64,000 nucleotides of DNA from an uncultured bacterium (GTDB lineage: Bacteria > SAR324 > NAC60-12). Positions 40,347 to 50,586 of this stretch are shown piece after piece. A program made the translations under genes and the position numbers. Each line of letters begins with the position of its first letter. The stretch's first letter is position 1. The stretch lies in the NCBI GenBank assembly GCA_964010765.1, contig CAXGMD010000002.1:41060-105059 (forward strand). The letters are read 5' to 3'. A model generated the notes under the pieces. It did not search any database, was not told where the DNA came from, and worked only from the letters and a program-made list of their open reading frames with translations.

Positions 40347-41138
40347 ATGCAAGCGGTGGCTTTTCAAAATCAAAAGGGTGGTGTCGGCAAATCGACCTTG
40401 AGCCTTTTGGTTGCAGAGCAATTGGCACAAATTGGTAGGGAAGTCATTTTTTTGGACAATGACCCTCAGGGAAATTCCACCCAATGGTTCTTGAATCGGC
40501 TCACGGATGCAGATTACCCTCTGATCCTCGAAGAACTCCAAACGAAGAATCTTTACAATCTTCTTCAAGAGCGCATCTCACCACAAAATGCGCTGTTGGA
40601 ATTGCCTGAAACCTCTCTAAAACTGTTAGCCGCAACACCGAATTACGAACAAGCCAAGACGGCTTTCCGCGATCAACCTGGCCATGAAAACTTGTTCAGG
40701 ATGTTGCTGCGAGAGCTCAGGACGGAGTACCTGGTTTGTGATACGCCTGGAGAGTTGTCACTGCTAACAAATTGGAGTTTGTCCATTTGTGATGTGATCG
40801 TAATTCCGGTGCAAACTGAGATGTTTGCCGTAGAGACCCTACCCATCCAGCTAGAGCGAATACGAACATCTCGCAAATATCTGAACCCTGAACTTAAGAA
40901 GGTTTATCTGCTTCCAAACCTTTTTGATACCCGTCTGAAATCTTGCCACTACGCTCTTGAATATCTTGTTGATCATTATCGCAATATGTTGATTTTTCAT
41001 GACGACCACCAGCCACTTTGGATCCCAAAACGCGCTGAGGTGATGGGATTTATTGATAGTCATGAGCCGGTTCGTAGTGCTGAATTGAAGAATCGTCTGC
41101 AGGTTTTGGTGCAGGCCCTATTTCCGGAGTTTACATGA
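40347..41138 (+). CDS. ParA/Soj family ATPase
   Basis: NQKGGVGKST deviant Walker A, DNDPQGN, CDTP, IPVQ.E.FA. Confidence 0.9.
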   Translation: MQAVAFQNQKGGVGKSTLSLLVAEQLAQIGREVIFLDNDPQGNSTQWFLNRLTDADYPLILEELQTKNLYNLLQERISPQNALLELPETSLKLLAATPNYEQAKTAFRDQPGHENLFRMLLRELRTEYLVCDTPGELSLLTNWSLSICDVIVIPVQTEMFAVETLPIQLERIRTSRKYLNPELKKVYLLPNLFDTRLKSCHYALEYLVDHYRNMLIFHDDHQPLWIPKRAEVMGFIDSHEPVRSAELKNRLQVLVQALFPEFT

Positions 41139-41872
41139 CTACTCGCTCACAATATCAGCGCAATGCTTCCAGGCGCAGCCAACATCAAATGAGCTCAGAC
41201 AATGACGGTCAAGAAGTCCTTCAGTTTAATCCTCTAAGGAGATTGGAATTTGAAACGATTGAATTGGTCAGAAGTATTGAGGCTCGTGAACATCGGATGC
41301 AACAGGATAAGAGGCAGGTGCTCTTAAATATTTACAAAATTTATACAGAGCACTTCAGCGAATTGGAGGAGAAGCACCAAAGGGATTTAGCGCTTTATAT
41401 TGAAGAGGTTATACAAGTCCAGGATCGGAAAACGGCCCTCAGCGATGCAAAGATCATCGAAATGATCCAAACTCATGGTTCAGCGGGCTTGCTGGAAATG
41501 GATGTCCGTGGGATGCTTTATTCTCTCCGTCGGATTGCCTATTTGAAAGATCCCGCAGATCCACTCAGAGCCCATCAAAAGCAGCAGGAACTCTTGGACC
41601 AACTGGACAGTATTTCTCGGGAAGAATTAGAACTCTCTCTAAGAATCTTCAGAGAACAAACAAAATTGAGAAACCACGGCTCCCAACAAAAAAGTTCTGA
41701 GAAATCTTGGCAACAAAAAATCGACCGAAAAAATGGTCGTATCGTTTTATCCCAGATCCCAGCAAAGCGTTTAGACAAACTGAATCGCCTTCTTCTTCAG
41801 ATGGATGATGAAATTTTGGATGAAATGCTCGGCATGATAGAAAGAAATCATCCCAAGCGTGTTTTGAACTGA
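41135..41872 (+). CDS. Hypothetical helical protein coupled to ParA
   Basis: 245-aa ORF, ATGA overlap with the parA stop; no recognisable ParB motif. Confidence 0.75.
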   Translation: MTTRSQYQRNASRRSQHQMSSDNDGQEVLQFNPLRRLEFETIELVRSIEAREHRMQQDKRQVLLNIYKIYTEHFSELEEKHQRDLALYIEEVIQVQDRKTALSDAKIIEMIQTHGSAGLLEMDVRGMLYSLRRIAYLKDPADPLRAHQKQQELLDQLDSISREELELSLRIFREQTKLRNHGSQQKSSEKSWQQKIDRKNGRIVLSQIPAKRLDKLNRLLLQMDDEILDEMLGMIERNHPKRVLN

Positions 41873-41886
41873 AACGAGAAAATCAG

Positions 41887-42741
41887 ATGACCCTCCAACT
41901 TGACTCACTTATTGAATCCGCTGACTTGGCTAATCACTTAGGTAATCTAAATTTGAAAATTATTGACGGTAGTTGGCATCTTCCAAAAGCGAACAGAGAC
42001 GGTTGGCAAGAGTTTGAAAAAGAGCACATTCCCGGGGCAGTGTTTCTTGATTTGGATGAATTTTCTGATCAGGATAGTGAATTGCCCCATACCCTTCCTT
42101 CCGAAGAATATTTTTCTAGCAAGGTAGGTGAACTGGGCATTGATAATGAGAGTTGGGTCGTGGTCTATGATTCTACCGGATTGTTTTCTGCAGCTCGAAT
42201 TTGGTGGATGTTCAGAACCTTTGGTCATCACAAGGTTTCCCTGCTCAATGGGGGTCTCCCAAAGTGGAAATCAGAAGGGCGAGAATTGGCCAGGGGTTCG
42301 CAAAAAGTTGATCCTGTAAAATTCGATGCTGTTTTAGAACCAGGACTTGTCGTTGACTGGGAAGCTACAAAGCTGACGTCTCAGAATGAGGCGGCAGTAA
42401 TTCTTGATGCCCGTCCAGCAGAGAGATTTGCTGGTGAAGTTCAAGAACCCAGACCAGGGCTAAGAAGTGGACATATTCCTCATTCGAAAAATCTGCCATT
42501 TATGGATTTGCTGGAGGGTCCTTACCGAATGATGATTTCAGAGGATAATTTAAAAGAGCTTTTTCAAAGATCTGAAATTCTTCAAAACAATGAGATTGTC
42601 TGTTCCTGTGGTTCAGGAGTCACCGCTTGTATCTTGGCTTTGGGATTACATCTAACAGGTCATGATAATGTCAAAATTTACGATGGTTCCTGGACCGAAT
42701 GGGGTGCAAGAGAAGATCTCCCGATTGAAACAGGAAACTGA
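41887..42741 (+). CDS. sseA: 3-mercaptopyruvate sulfurtransferase
   Basis: Two rhodanese domains; HIPGA, active loop CGSGVTA, YDGSWTEW. Confidence 0.92.
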   Translation: MTLQLDSLIESADLANHLGNLNLKIIDGSWHLPKANRDGWQEFEKEHIPGAVFLDLDEFSDQDSELPHTLPSEEYFSSKVGELGIDNESWVVVYDSTGLFSAARIWWMFRTFGHHKVSLLNGGLPKWKSEGRELARGSQKVDPVKFDAVLEPGLVVDWEATKLTSQNEAAVILDARPAERFAGEVQEPRPGLRSGHIPHSKNLPFMDLLEGPYRMMISEDNLKELFQRSEILQNNEIVCSCGSGVTACILALGLHLTGHDNVKIYDGSWTEWGAREDLPIETGN

Positions 42742-42744
42742 GAT

Positions 42745-45700
42745 TCAAATAATCAGAGAAATTCTTGGTAAGCGGTAAATGCGTTTTTCCTCACGAGCTA
42801 CAATTGCTTCAGCCACCCATTCTATCTGCTGACCTACCTCCGTCTTCTCCAGAACTTCTACGAGTACGGTTAGCTCATTCGTTCCCGGCCGCACTTCTCC
42901 TCTGAATTCCCACTTCCATTCTGAATCTAAAGGCCATTCTACTTTTTCAGAAATGGATCGATGAGGTGTCCCTTCGGCCAATGCTCTCAAGGCTTGCAGT
43001 GCAGCTTCAATCCCTAAGGATCCTGGCATGACTGGATCGTCGTGAAAGTGGCAGGGATAATACCAATCTTGGTTGTCAACAAATCTGCGCCCAACCACTC
43101 TTCCTAGTCCTCTTTCACCCCCCTCAGGATCAAGTTGGACTTGATGAAGTAAATACAGATGGCCTAGTTGAGGGCAATCCAACCAGGGTAGTTCGGGTGA
43201 AGCTTGCCAATCTGGGTCTGGATATCTTTGACGCTGTCGTTCGAGCGCCCACTCTGGAAAATAGCCAAACAGGGCAACTCCCTCCAGAAAGGGATGATCT
43301 GGGGAGAGATCAGTACTCATTTGGTATGTGAAATGTTCGATGACCTGCCCATCAAAGCGCGTCATTCGGTCAAGTTGAACATTTGTCAGAATCTTTCGGT
43401 CTCTCAGTTCTGGGCGTTCCAATAGCTTTGCGTGCCCCTCAACTAATCTGAAGTGAAGATCATCATCTGGAAATTCAAAAATGCTTCCCATCCAAGCTCC
43501 CAAGAAACCACAGGGCTGGAGAGCGATTTCCAAGAGGACGCTTGCTGGTAAGGGCGCGATGCTGGTCCTATCTGAGAAATACCAGTCCATTTCGTTCACA
43601 TCGTATTCGGCAATCAAACTTGCTGGCTTAGAAAAATTCCTTGGTTCTCCTGATACTTCCAAAACTCTGGTAAGTAGCTTGAGGTCTAAGCAGGGATTTC
43701 GCTGAACAAAGGGTCTCGCATCAAAGGGGGCGTAATGCTCTCCAAAACACTTGGCGACTGAGCCATCAGCAAAATTCTGAATGGCTACCTCATCGAAAGC
43801 AGGTTTGGCCTTAGTGTCTGAAACTGTGCCGATTGAAAAATTAATCTCGTCTGATTTCTTCTCAACTAAACGCACCCCAACATCTCTAAAGTCCACAACA
43901 ATGCGATCTTCAACAAGTACATCAATGTTGGCGATCATGTAGGGTTCTGGATGCAAGCCAATTTCTTTGACTTCAAGTCGATAGGTCATCAAAGAATCTG
44001 AGGGAATAACTTGGCCCCGACATCGAACAATTTGGGGAAGGTTGAGGATCGGTTCAAAGCTGGCGTCTTCAGTAAGAGTCTGCAGTCCTAGGTAAAGCAT
44101 GTAGAATTGCAGCAATTGAACGCAGCCTTCTGCGATCAGCGAGCCAGCCATCACAGGATCCTTGTAAAAGTGGCAAGTGAAGTACCAGTCGTCCGGACGA
44201 AGTTGCTTCTCTGATTCCACAATTCCCAATCCCCAAGCGCCACCTTTGGAATCCATCTTCAGAATGCGATCATTCATCAGTAGTTGTTCAGGTGCCATCC
44301 TCAGAGAAGAATTTTTTTGGTTCTGATCATACTCTTCACCAAAGCATCTTGATGGATTACCTTGAACCAAGTGCAATAAGTCCACTCGCTCAAAAGCTGT
44401 CTGATTACATTTAAGTAGTGGAGAGAAATTAGTCGACTGAATCTGTTGGCGGGCCTCGATTTCTTTCTCGGTATGAATCACTCCCTTGCCCTGATCAAGC
44501 TCCTCTTTAGTAAAGAATCCTGCACAACCTCCATCCATTTTGAGTACCATCTGATCATCAACGAAGCACTCGTAATGGAAGAAAAACAGGAGGCTTTCGC
44601 CATGTCTGGCGAAGGAGTCGATGTGAATTTCATACCTTAGTGTTTGACCACCCCTAGGGAGGGCCGCCATGAATGTCATGGTGCAATCGAGCAGGCGATA
44701 GACCCGGTTTCCCCTATTTTGGAAATCAATGCCTAGATAGCTGATCAACATTAGGTCACACTGACCAGACTCAATCGCTACAGCCCAAGGGATGCGCTCA
44801 TCGGTAGCAAACCAAGCCTGTTTGGGGATGTCATATTCAGTTGTGATGCGGCAGGGTTTGAATTGGTGGGGCTCTGCTTCCAGTTCTGTGACTCTTGTAA
44901 CAAGCAGATAGGGATCTAAAGGCAACCGAACACAGCGTTCATAGCTGTCAATGATAGCGTAGTCCTGGCCAAAAACTTCAGCAATTCGTCCTCCAGCAAA
45001 CTCAAGTAAGTCTTGATGATCAAAAACTACTTTTTTCCCGGTGTGGTCAGTTTTAAAAGTATTCCCTGTGATTGTCCCCAAGGTTTTAGGTGCAGAACTT
45101 CGCTTAGCTTCCTTGCCAATGCTTAGAAATTCTGGTGAAGGAATGTCTTCTTGAATTGGCGAGATTTGGGTTAATTCAACTGGACGGTTTGATTGTAGAA
45201 GATTTTGAACCATTCCTCTAAAAGCAGTTTCTCTCAAGCTGAGGAAAGTTCGGTGTGCCTGATGGTGGCTTTGTGGGGTGTATAAATGAAAGCCGGAGGG
45301 TAAAGTCGGCTTTGATGAAATTTCTGGGGTGGCTGGTTTGTGTCCGACCCGACGCAACCAATTTTTCAATGCAGGTTCTTGCTGAAGCAAGTGCTTGAAC
45401 TTGTCAGGAATTCTCTCAGAACCCAGAATAACCTTTCGTATAAGTTGTTGATCTGAAATGGATTTTATCCCTGATAAGGGATTTCTTTGGAGATTGTTTG
45501 CTTGACTCAGAAGACCGCCAATCAATCTCAGCATTCCATTTGCTGCCCCACAATGTCCAAATAATTCCTGAACTCGCTCACTTTCTAATTCAAGTACATC
45601 GAGGGCCTGATAGATTTTATTAGAATTTCTGGAATCTAGGTTTTGAAGAACTATGGCTCCTCCGCCTTCCCCCAAAATGCTATCTTCTTTTGCAGAAAGC

Positions 45701-47751
45701 ATCCTTTCCAAATTTGCCTGAAGGTCCACAGCTACCAAAACAAGACCATCGAGATCCTCTTCGACAAAAAGCCATTTAGCGATTTGAAGGCATTTCTCAA
45801 TAGAATCTGCACCCATGGAAACAGTAAAAGCAGGCCCATGAAAATCATGAAGTGCCGCTATTCTGGAAGCCATCAAGTTGCCTATGGTACTTGTAAAGCT
45901 GTTTACGGTTTCGGGTTGAGGCCACGTCTGACGTATGATTTCAATTAATTGGGCTAATTGATTTTGTGAGTTTTCATCATGAATTAATTCACCAAAGGCC
46001 TGACGTAATTGAGCTTCCAACTGAAGTCTTCCTCGGAACTGGTGAATTTCAGCGTCAGTGTCCATGGCGATCAAAACCGCCACTTTACTGCCGTATTCCA
46101 ATCCTGCGTCCTGAATCGCTTTTTCAGCCAATTGAATCGCCAAAAGCTGCTGAGGAATGAGTTGTTCTTTTTCATGGGGAGGCAGTTTCAGTTCTCTTAA
46201 ATCAATATCAAATGATTCCAAGAATGCAGCTTTATGGACGGAAGAAGTCTCCATTCCTCGCCACCTTCTGGGAGGCAAGGGTCTAAACTGGGTTTCACGC
46301 TGCTTTAATGCCTCAGCCATTTTAATACGATTCGAACAACCCCCAAAACACGCTTCAAATCCAGTTATATACAAAGGTAGTTTTTGACCTTGAATCGATT
46401 CTTCAGAAGGTTCCTGAATCTGATCCTGTAGAATCAGGTGAGCATTTGTTCCCCCAAAACCAAAGGAATTGATTGCTCCAATGCGAGGAATTTCTGATTT
46501 GAGCCAGGGAGAGGGTGATCTTACGATTTTTCCTTCAGGTAGTTGTGGGTTTTCAATGCGGATCGAGGCAGGAATTGATTGGGTCTCAAAAGCACCCAGG
46601 ATTTTACCAACGCTGCTCATTCCAGCTGCAGTGAGCATGTGCCCAACATTGGATTTAACGGAGCCCAACAGAGGAAAATTTTCACCGAAGAAATCTGAGA
46701 TTGACTCTGCTTCAATGCGATCCCCCAAAGGGGTGCCTGTGGCATGGCATTCAAGATAGTTGACTTCACCTGGATTTAGCACGGCCTCCTCATAGGCTCG
46801 CTCATAGGCTCTTTTTTGGCCAACGGGGTTAGGGCTTAGCACAAATTTACCTTTACCATCATTGGACCATCCGCTCCCTCGAATCACACCTAAGATGGGT
46901 GGCGTCTGATTCTTTGCATCTTCAAATCTGCGAAGTAAGACCATCCCCACCCCTTCACTCGCATAAAGACCCTGGGAGTTTTTATCGAGTGGAGCGCTTG
47001 TCTCATTGTTCTGTGGATATGCTTGTAGCAGTGAGAACCCTGAGTGTATGAAAAAAGGATCAGCGGCGCTTACAGCTCCAGCAAGAACCCAGTCTACTTC
47101 CCCACTCCGCAGAGCCATGCATCCTAGCCGAATGGCATATAATGAAGAAGCACAAGCTGCATCAATTGAAAACGTGCATTCTCCAAGGCCAAGTTCTCTT
47201 TTCAGAAACTGAGCAGGACCACTGGCTGTTGAAAGATGTTGAATCGCTTCTCTTGAGCTTGATTTGGAAATTTCAGGCAATTCAAAATTTTCAGTTCCAC
47301 AAGCTTCGCGCAGTTCTCTTTCCCAAAACTCACGATAGAAATCCATCACAGTTTGATTGGATGATCTCGAGGGAAACGAGAGATTTCCGAGGATGAGGCC
47401 TCCGCGAGGGTGTTTGGCTTTTTCTACTTCGATACCTCCTTGAAAAAGAGCCTGTCTAGCAACTTGCAAGGGCCAACGATAAGACGGATCAAGATTTCTC
47501 CAATCCTCCTCTGTCCAGTCTACTGGTTTGACGACCTTTCGTTCATCAATATACCCCCCTTGTCGACAATAGAGTCTGTGGGGTGTCCCTCTCGTGGATG
47601 AGAAAAACTGCTGAGTTGGTAGAGAGAAATCTTCGTCAGTTGCTGTCCTCCACGATGGTCGTTCTTCATTGAGAAAATTAGCAAAAGACTCCAGTGAATT
47701 TCCATCAGGAAATAGGCACGCAAATCCAGTAATAGCAATTGGAGAGGTCAT
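42745..47751 (-). CDS. pfaC: PfaC-like PUFA-synthase subunit: KS - reduced CLF - FabA-type DH and pseudo-DH domains
   Basis: KS triad DAACASS / ECHATGT / VGHMLTAAG; second KS-like region without the Cys; WYFTCHF..DPVMAGSL and WYYPCHFHDDPVMPGSLG DH motifs. Confidence 0.85.
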   Translation of the reverse strand: MTSPIAITGFACLFPDGNSLESFANFLNEERPSWRTATDEDFSLPTQQFFSSTRGTPHRLYCRQGGYIDERKVVKPVDWTEEDWRNLDPSYRWPLQVARQALFQGGIEVEKAKHPRGGLILGNLSFPSRSSNQTVMDFYREFWERELREACGTENFELPEISKSSSREAIQHLSTASGPAQFLKRELGLGECTFSIDAACASSLYAIRLGCMALRSGEVDWVLAGAVSAADPFFIHSGFSLLQAYPQNNETSAPLDKNSQGLYASEGVGMVLLRRFEDAKNQTPPILGVIRGSGWSNDGKGKFVLSPNPVGQKRAYERAYEEAVLNPGEVNYLECHATGTPLGDRIEAESISDFFGENFPLLGSVKSNVGHMLTAAGMSSVGKILGAFETQSIPASIRIENPQLPEGKIVRSPSPWLKSEIPRIGAINSFGFGGTNAHLILQDQIQEPSEESIQGQKLPLYITGFEACFGGCSNRIKMAEALKQRETQFRPLPPRRWRGMETSSVHKAAFLESFDIDLRELKLPPHEKEQLIPQQLLAIQLAEKAIQDAGLEYGSKVAVLIAMDTDAEIHQFRGRLQLEAQLRQAFGELIHDENSQNQLAQLIEIIRQTWPQPETVNSFTSTIGNLMASRIAALHDFHGPAFTVSMGADSIEKCLQIAKWLFVEEDLDGLVLVAVDLQANLERMLSAKEDSILGEGGGAIVLQNLDSRNSNKIYQALDVLELESERVQELFGHCGAANGMLRLIGGLLSQANNLQRNPLSGIKSISDQQLIRKVILGSERIPDKFKHLLQQEPALKNWLRRVGHKPATPEISSKPTLPSGFHLYTPQSHHQAHRTFLSLRETAFRGMVQNLLQSNRPVELTQISPIQEDIPSPEFLSIGKEAKRSSAPKTLGTITGNTFKTDHTGKKVVFDHQDLLEFAGGRIAEVFGQDYAIIDSYERCVRLPLDPYLLVTRVTELEAEPHQFKPCRITTEYDIPKQAWFATDERIPWAVAIESGQCDLMLISYLGIDFQNRGNRVYRLLDCTMTFMAALPRGGQTLRYEIHIDSFARHGESLLFFFHYECFVDDQMVLKMDGGCAGFFTKEELDQGKGVIHTEKEIEARQQIQSTNFSPLLKCNQTAFERVDLLHLVQGNPSRCFGEEYDQNQKNSSLRMAPEQLLMNDRILKMDSKGGAWGLGIVESEKQLRPDDWYFTCHFYKDPVMAGSLIAEGCVQLLQFYMLYLGLQTLTEDASFEPILNLPQIVRCRGQVIPSDSLMTYRLEVKEIGLHPEPYMIANIDVLVEDRIVVDFRDVGVRLVEKKSDEINFSIGTVSDTKAKPAFDEVAIQNFADGSVAKCFGEHYAPFDARPFVQRNPCLDLKLLTRVLEVSGEPRNFSKPASLIAEYDVNEMDWYFSDRTSIAPLPASVLLEIALQPCGFLGAWMGSIFEFPDDDLHFRLVEGHAKLLERPELRDRKILTNVQLDRMTRFDGQVIEHFTYQMSTDLSPDHPFLEGVALFGYFPEWALERQRQRYPDPDWQASPELPWLDCPQLGHLYLLHQVQLDPEGGERGLGRVVGRRFVDNQDWYYPCHFHDDPVMPGSLGIEAALQALRALAEGTPHRSISEKVEWPLDSEWKWEFRGEVRPGTNELTVLVEVLEKTEVGQQIEWVAEAIVAREEKRIYRLPRISLII

Positions 47752-47791
47752 GAGATGATTTGAATTTAAGCCCGAGGAATGGTTGGCAAAT

Positions 47792-48172
47792 TTATTTGTT
47801 TTTTGGGATTCGCCAATGAGCGATTAGCCCGGCAATTAAGGTAAAGGTGAGTAAATAATGGACAGTTACAGGGAGTTTAAGTTCATTGCCCCAAAGAAGT
47901 AGAACCAGGCCGCTAATTACTAGACCGATTCCAGAGATCAGTTGTAAGGATCCAGATAGCAATGTCCACGAAAACTTTGTAAGTCTGCTTCGATGTGTAT
48001 TGAGATGATCAATGGCATACATGGGGAAAATCACAATGAAGAAGAAACCAACCCAGATATGCAATAGTGAGATAAAGAGATCTTCTTCATCAATAGGAAG
48101 GCTATCCTGCCAAGTCAAAATCAGACCCGTCACGATTAAGAAGCAGGCACTTGCAATAACAAGTCGTCTCAT
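47792..48172 (-). CDS. Small 4-TM membrane protein with intramembrane histidines (cytochrome-b-like)
   Basis: Four hydrophobic segments; H38, H56, H105, H119; ATGA overlap with the upstream KR-DH frame. Confidence 0.7.
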   Translation of the reverse strand: MRRLVIASACFLIVTGLILTWQDSLPIDEEDLFISLLHIWVGFFFIVIFPMYAIDHLNTHRSRLTKFSWTLLSGSLQLISGIGLVISGLVLLLWGNELKLPVTVHYLLTFTLIAGLIAHWRIPKNK

Positions 48173-50586
48173 CCCTTCGATTTGTTCTGAAACAAAGGTT
48201 TCAATTTTTCACTGAAGGTTACCGCAACTCCTTCAAGACGAAGCACACAATTGTTCGATTCATCCAAGAAGACCAAATTGGCAAGCAGTTGAGAGGTTCC
48301 TGACAGTTTTTCGTCCTCAATCTTGATCTTGTATTTAGAACTTCGGAGAGGAGCGAGAAATGAACCGCTTTCAATCGACAACGGTAGGCTTGGTAAGTTC
48401 GTCATTTCACGACCTTTGACTAGCATCGCTTGAAGTCCTGCATCCATCAAAAGTGGAGCAAATTGATTCCCAACCCAATTCTTGATTTTCTCAATAGGAA
48501 CTGGAGGCAGATTCACCTCAAAAGAACTAATCTCGTTCTTTGACAAAGTTGAGAGGACTTTGAAGTAGTTTTCATGAAAAAGAGTGCCATTTTCATACGC
48601 ATCAAATTTTGATGGCTCACAAGGAAGGGCAACAATTTGACGGGTTGGTTTAGGCGCAGAAGCAGCTAAGAAAACCTCTACTTGATAGTGTTGTTTAGTG
48701 AGTGATTTCTTCTTCTGTAAGCTTTGTAAAGCAACACTGATTTGAATCGTTCCATCAGATTCGCTTGTAAAACTGCCCTTGATGGTAAAAGAATGTGAGA
48801 TCTGTTCATCAAATCGGAGTCCCTGAAGAACTTTAAAGTTTTGAAATTTTTGGACTTTGTAGCCTTGATAGTGATCCTCTGACGCTCTGAGAAGCAAAGC
48901 CAGTGCGTAGGTCGCTGGCAGAACAGGAACGCCTCCTATTGAGTGATTTGTGAAAAGAGTGTTGTCTTCGAGTTTGAGGAAAATCGACTCTTCCCAATTT
49001 TCTGCGGAAATGGGTAAATCTTTTCCCCGAATATCGTTACCAACGACAAAAATTGGTGAAGGAAATTGATCATTGCTTAATGCTGTTTCTGCAAAGAGCT
49101 TAGCTCCTTCTCCCCTCGGGATTACTTGAACCCCTCTCTGCTGAAAAAGTTTTTTCAAATTCTCATCCACCATTCCCCCATCCCAAGGACCCCAATTGTA
49201 ACTGACCACCTTGATGGTCGGATGCTTTCTGATTAGATCCCAAGCTATTTGATTGATCGCTTCATTGGCAATTGCGTAATCCGACTGTCCTGGATTTCCG
49301 AAAAATCCTGCTCCTGAAGAAAACAACAAGACATGGCTAAGTTTTGAAGGATCTAGCACTTTCCAAAGATTACGGAATCCGTTGATCTTTGTGCCGTAAA
49401 CTAGCTCAAAATCCTGAATCGACTTTTGCTCGAGTTTCCGGTCCGCAAGAACCCCAGCTCCATGAATCAGACCAGTGATCTCTCCATGTTGTTGGATGAT
49501 TGGCTTAATCGTATCTCCCAATGCACTATGATTGGAGATGTCTGCTTGAACATAAACAGGAGTTGCCCCCAATTCCTTGAGTTTTTGGATGGTAAAGTTG
49601 ATCTCTCGGCTTGCTTGAACCTGCTTGATCAAATGATTAACTAACTTGGGGGTTGCCTTCTCTCCTTTAGTTTTGAATTCATTCAGGACAGCTTCTTTTA
49701 AATCTTTGTCAGGGACTTCGGAAGCCCAGGCTGGCTCCTCTTCAAGTACAGTCCTTCCCAGTAAAATGAAAGTGTCTGGACTTAGTTTGGCAAGCGCGAG
49801 TAGGCAATCTGAGGTAACTCCTTTGGCACCGCCACTAACAAGCCAAACTCTGGATGAAAGAGGTAGTTCCTGTTGAGATAGTTGCGGGATATGAAGAACT
49901 CTTTCGTATTCCCATCTCTGGAGATTTTGATCCCAACCCACCTGATTACGGCTCAGATTTGGGTCATTCCATTCCAGCCATAACAATTCAGCAAACTTTG
50001 TTGATTCAAAATCTTTATGTAAATCAATAAAGCGCCCATGAGTAGCGACCCATTCAGCCTGAACGGTTTTTGCCAAAGCAGAAAGGCTTTGAGCAACTTG
50101 AAACGATCCATTCTCAAAGGAACCAAGATTTCCAGATCCTTGAGTTACATATAATACAGGGCCTTCTGTGGCTAACCTACTCTTTATGGCACCAGAAAAA
50201 ATCAAAGCATGTTGAAGCCAGATATCACCATCATAATCCAGTTCTTCTTTAGATCCAATCATCCTGGGATGTAACCAGATAACACCTTTGAAAAGCTGGT
50301 TACCTTCAAGAATGCTGTTGAGTTCTTCTTTTAGACTCATTGCATCTTCATGTTGATTCCAATCAATTTGCTTCATAGAAAGAGAATCAATCTTAAAGCC
50401 CTTTGATTCCCATAGTTTTTTGATTGCACTTAGATGGTCAGCATCATTTTCTACCACTAAGACAGAACCGACTTGTCTGGAGATTTGATGTGGAGGAGGT
50501 ATCGGAGTGAGGACTGCCCAACCAAGTTCGAGTTGGGTGTCTTCAGAATTCAGAAGTTTTTTTTTGGAGGATCCGCGGAAAAGGTC
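48169..50586 (-). CDS. pfaA: PfaA C-terminal part (ketoreductase + PKS-type dehydratase); probably reached by -1 frameshift from the upstream ORF
   Basis: VSGGAKGVT, HGAGVLAD, FFGNPGQSDYAIANE, WGPWDGGMV; HSIGGVPVLP and DAGLQ; frame is stop-free from 50586, across the A9 run; no SD before GTG 50457. Confidence 0.85.
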   Translation of the reverse strand, partial: DLFRGSSKKKLLNSEDTQLELGWAVLTPIPPPHQISRQVGSVLVVENDADHLSAIKKLWESKGFKIDSLSMKQIDWNQHEDAMSLKEELNSILEGNQLFKGVIWLHPRMIGSKEELDYDGDIWLQHALIFSGAIKSRLATEGPVLYVTQGSGNLGSFENGSFQVAQSLSALAKTVQAEWVATHGRFIDLHKDFESTKFAELLWLEWNDPNLSRNQVGWDQNLQRWEYERVLHIPQLSQQELPLSSRVWLVSGGAKGVTSDCLLALAKLSPDTFILLGRTVLEEEPAWASEVPDKDLKEAVLNEFKTKGEKATPKLVNHLIKQVQASREINFTIQKLKELGATPVYVQADISNHSALGDTIKPIIQQHGEITGLIHGAGVLADRKLEQKSIQDFELVYGTKINGFRNLWKVLDPSKLSHVLLFSSGAGFFGNPGQSDYAIANEAINQIAWDLIRKHPTIKVVSYNWGPWDGGMVDENLKKLFQQRGVQVIPRGEGAKLFAETALSNDQFPSPIFVVGNDIRGKDLPISAENWEESIFLKLEDNTLFTNHSIGGVPVLPATYALALLLRASEDHYQGYKVQKFQNFKVLQGLRFDEQISHSFTIKGSFTSESDGTIQISVALQSLQKKKSLTKQHYQVEVFLAASAPKPTRQIVALPCEPSKFDAYENGTLFHENYFKVLSTLSKNEISSFEVNLPPVPIEKIKNWVGNQFAPLLMDAGLQAMLVKGREMTNLPSLPLSIESGSFLAPLRSSKYKIKIEDEKLSGTSQLLANLVFLDESNNCVLRLEGVAVTFSEKLKPLFQNKSKG

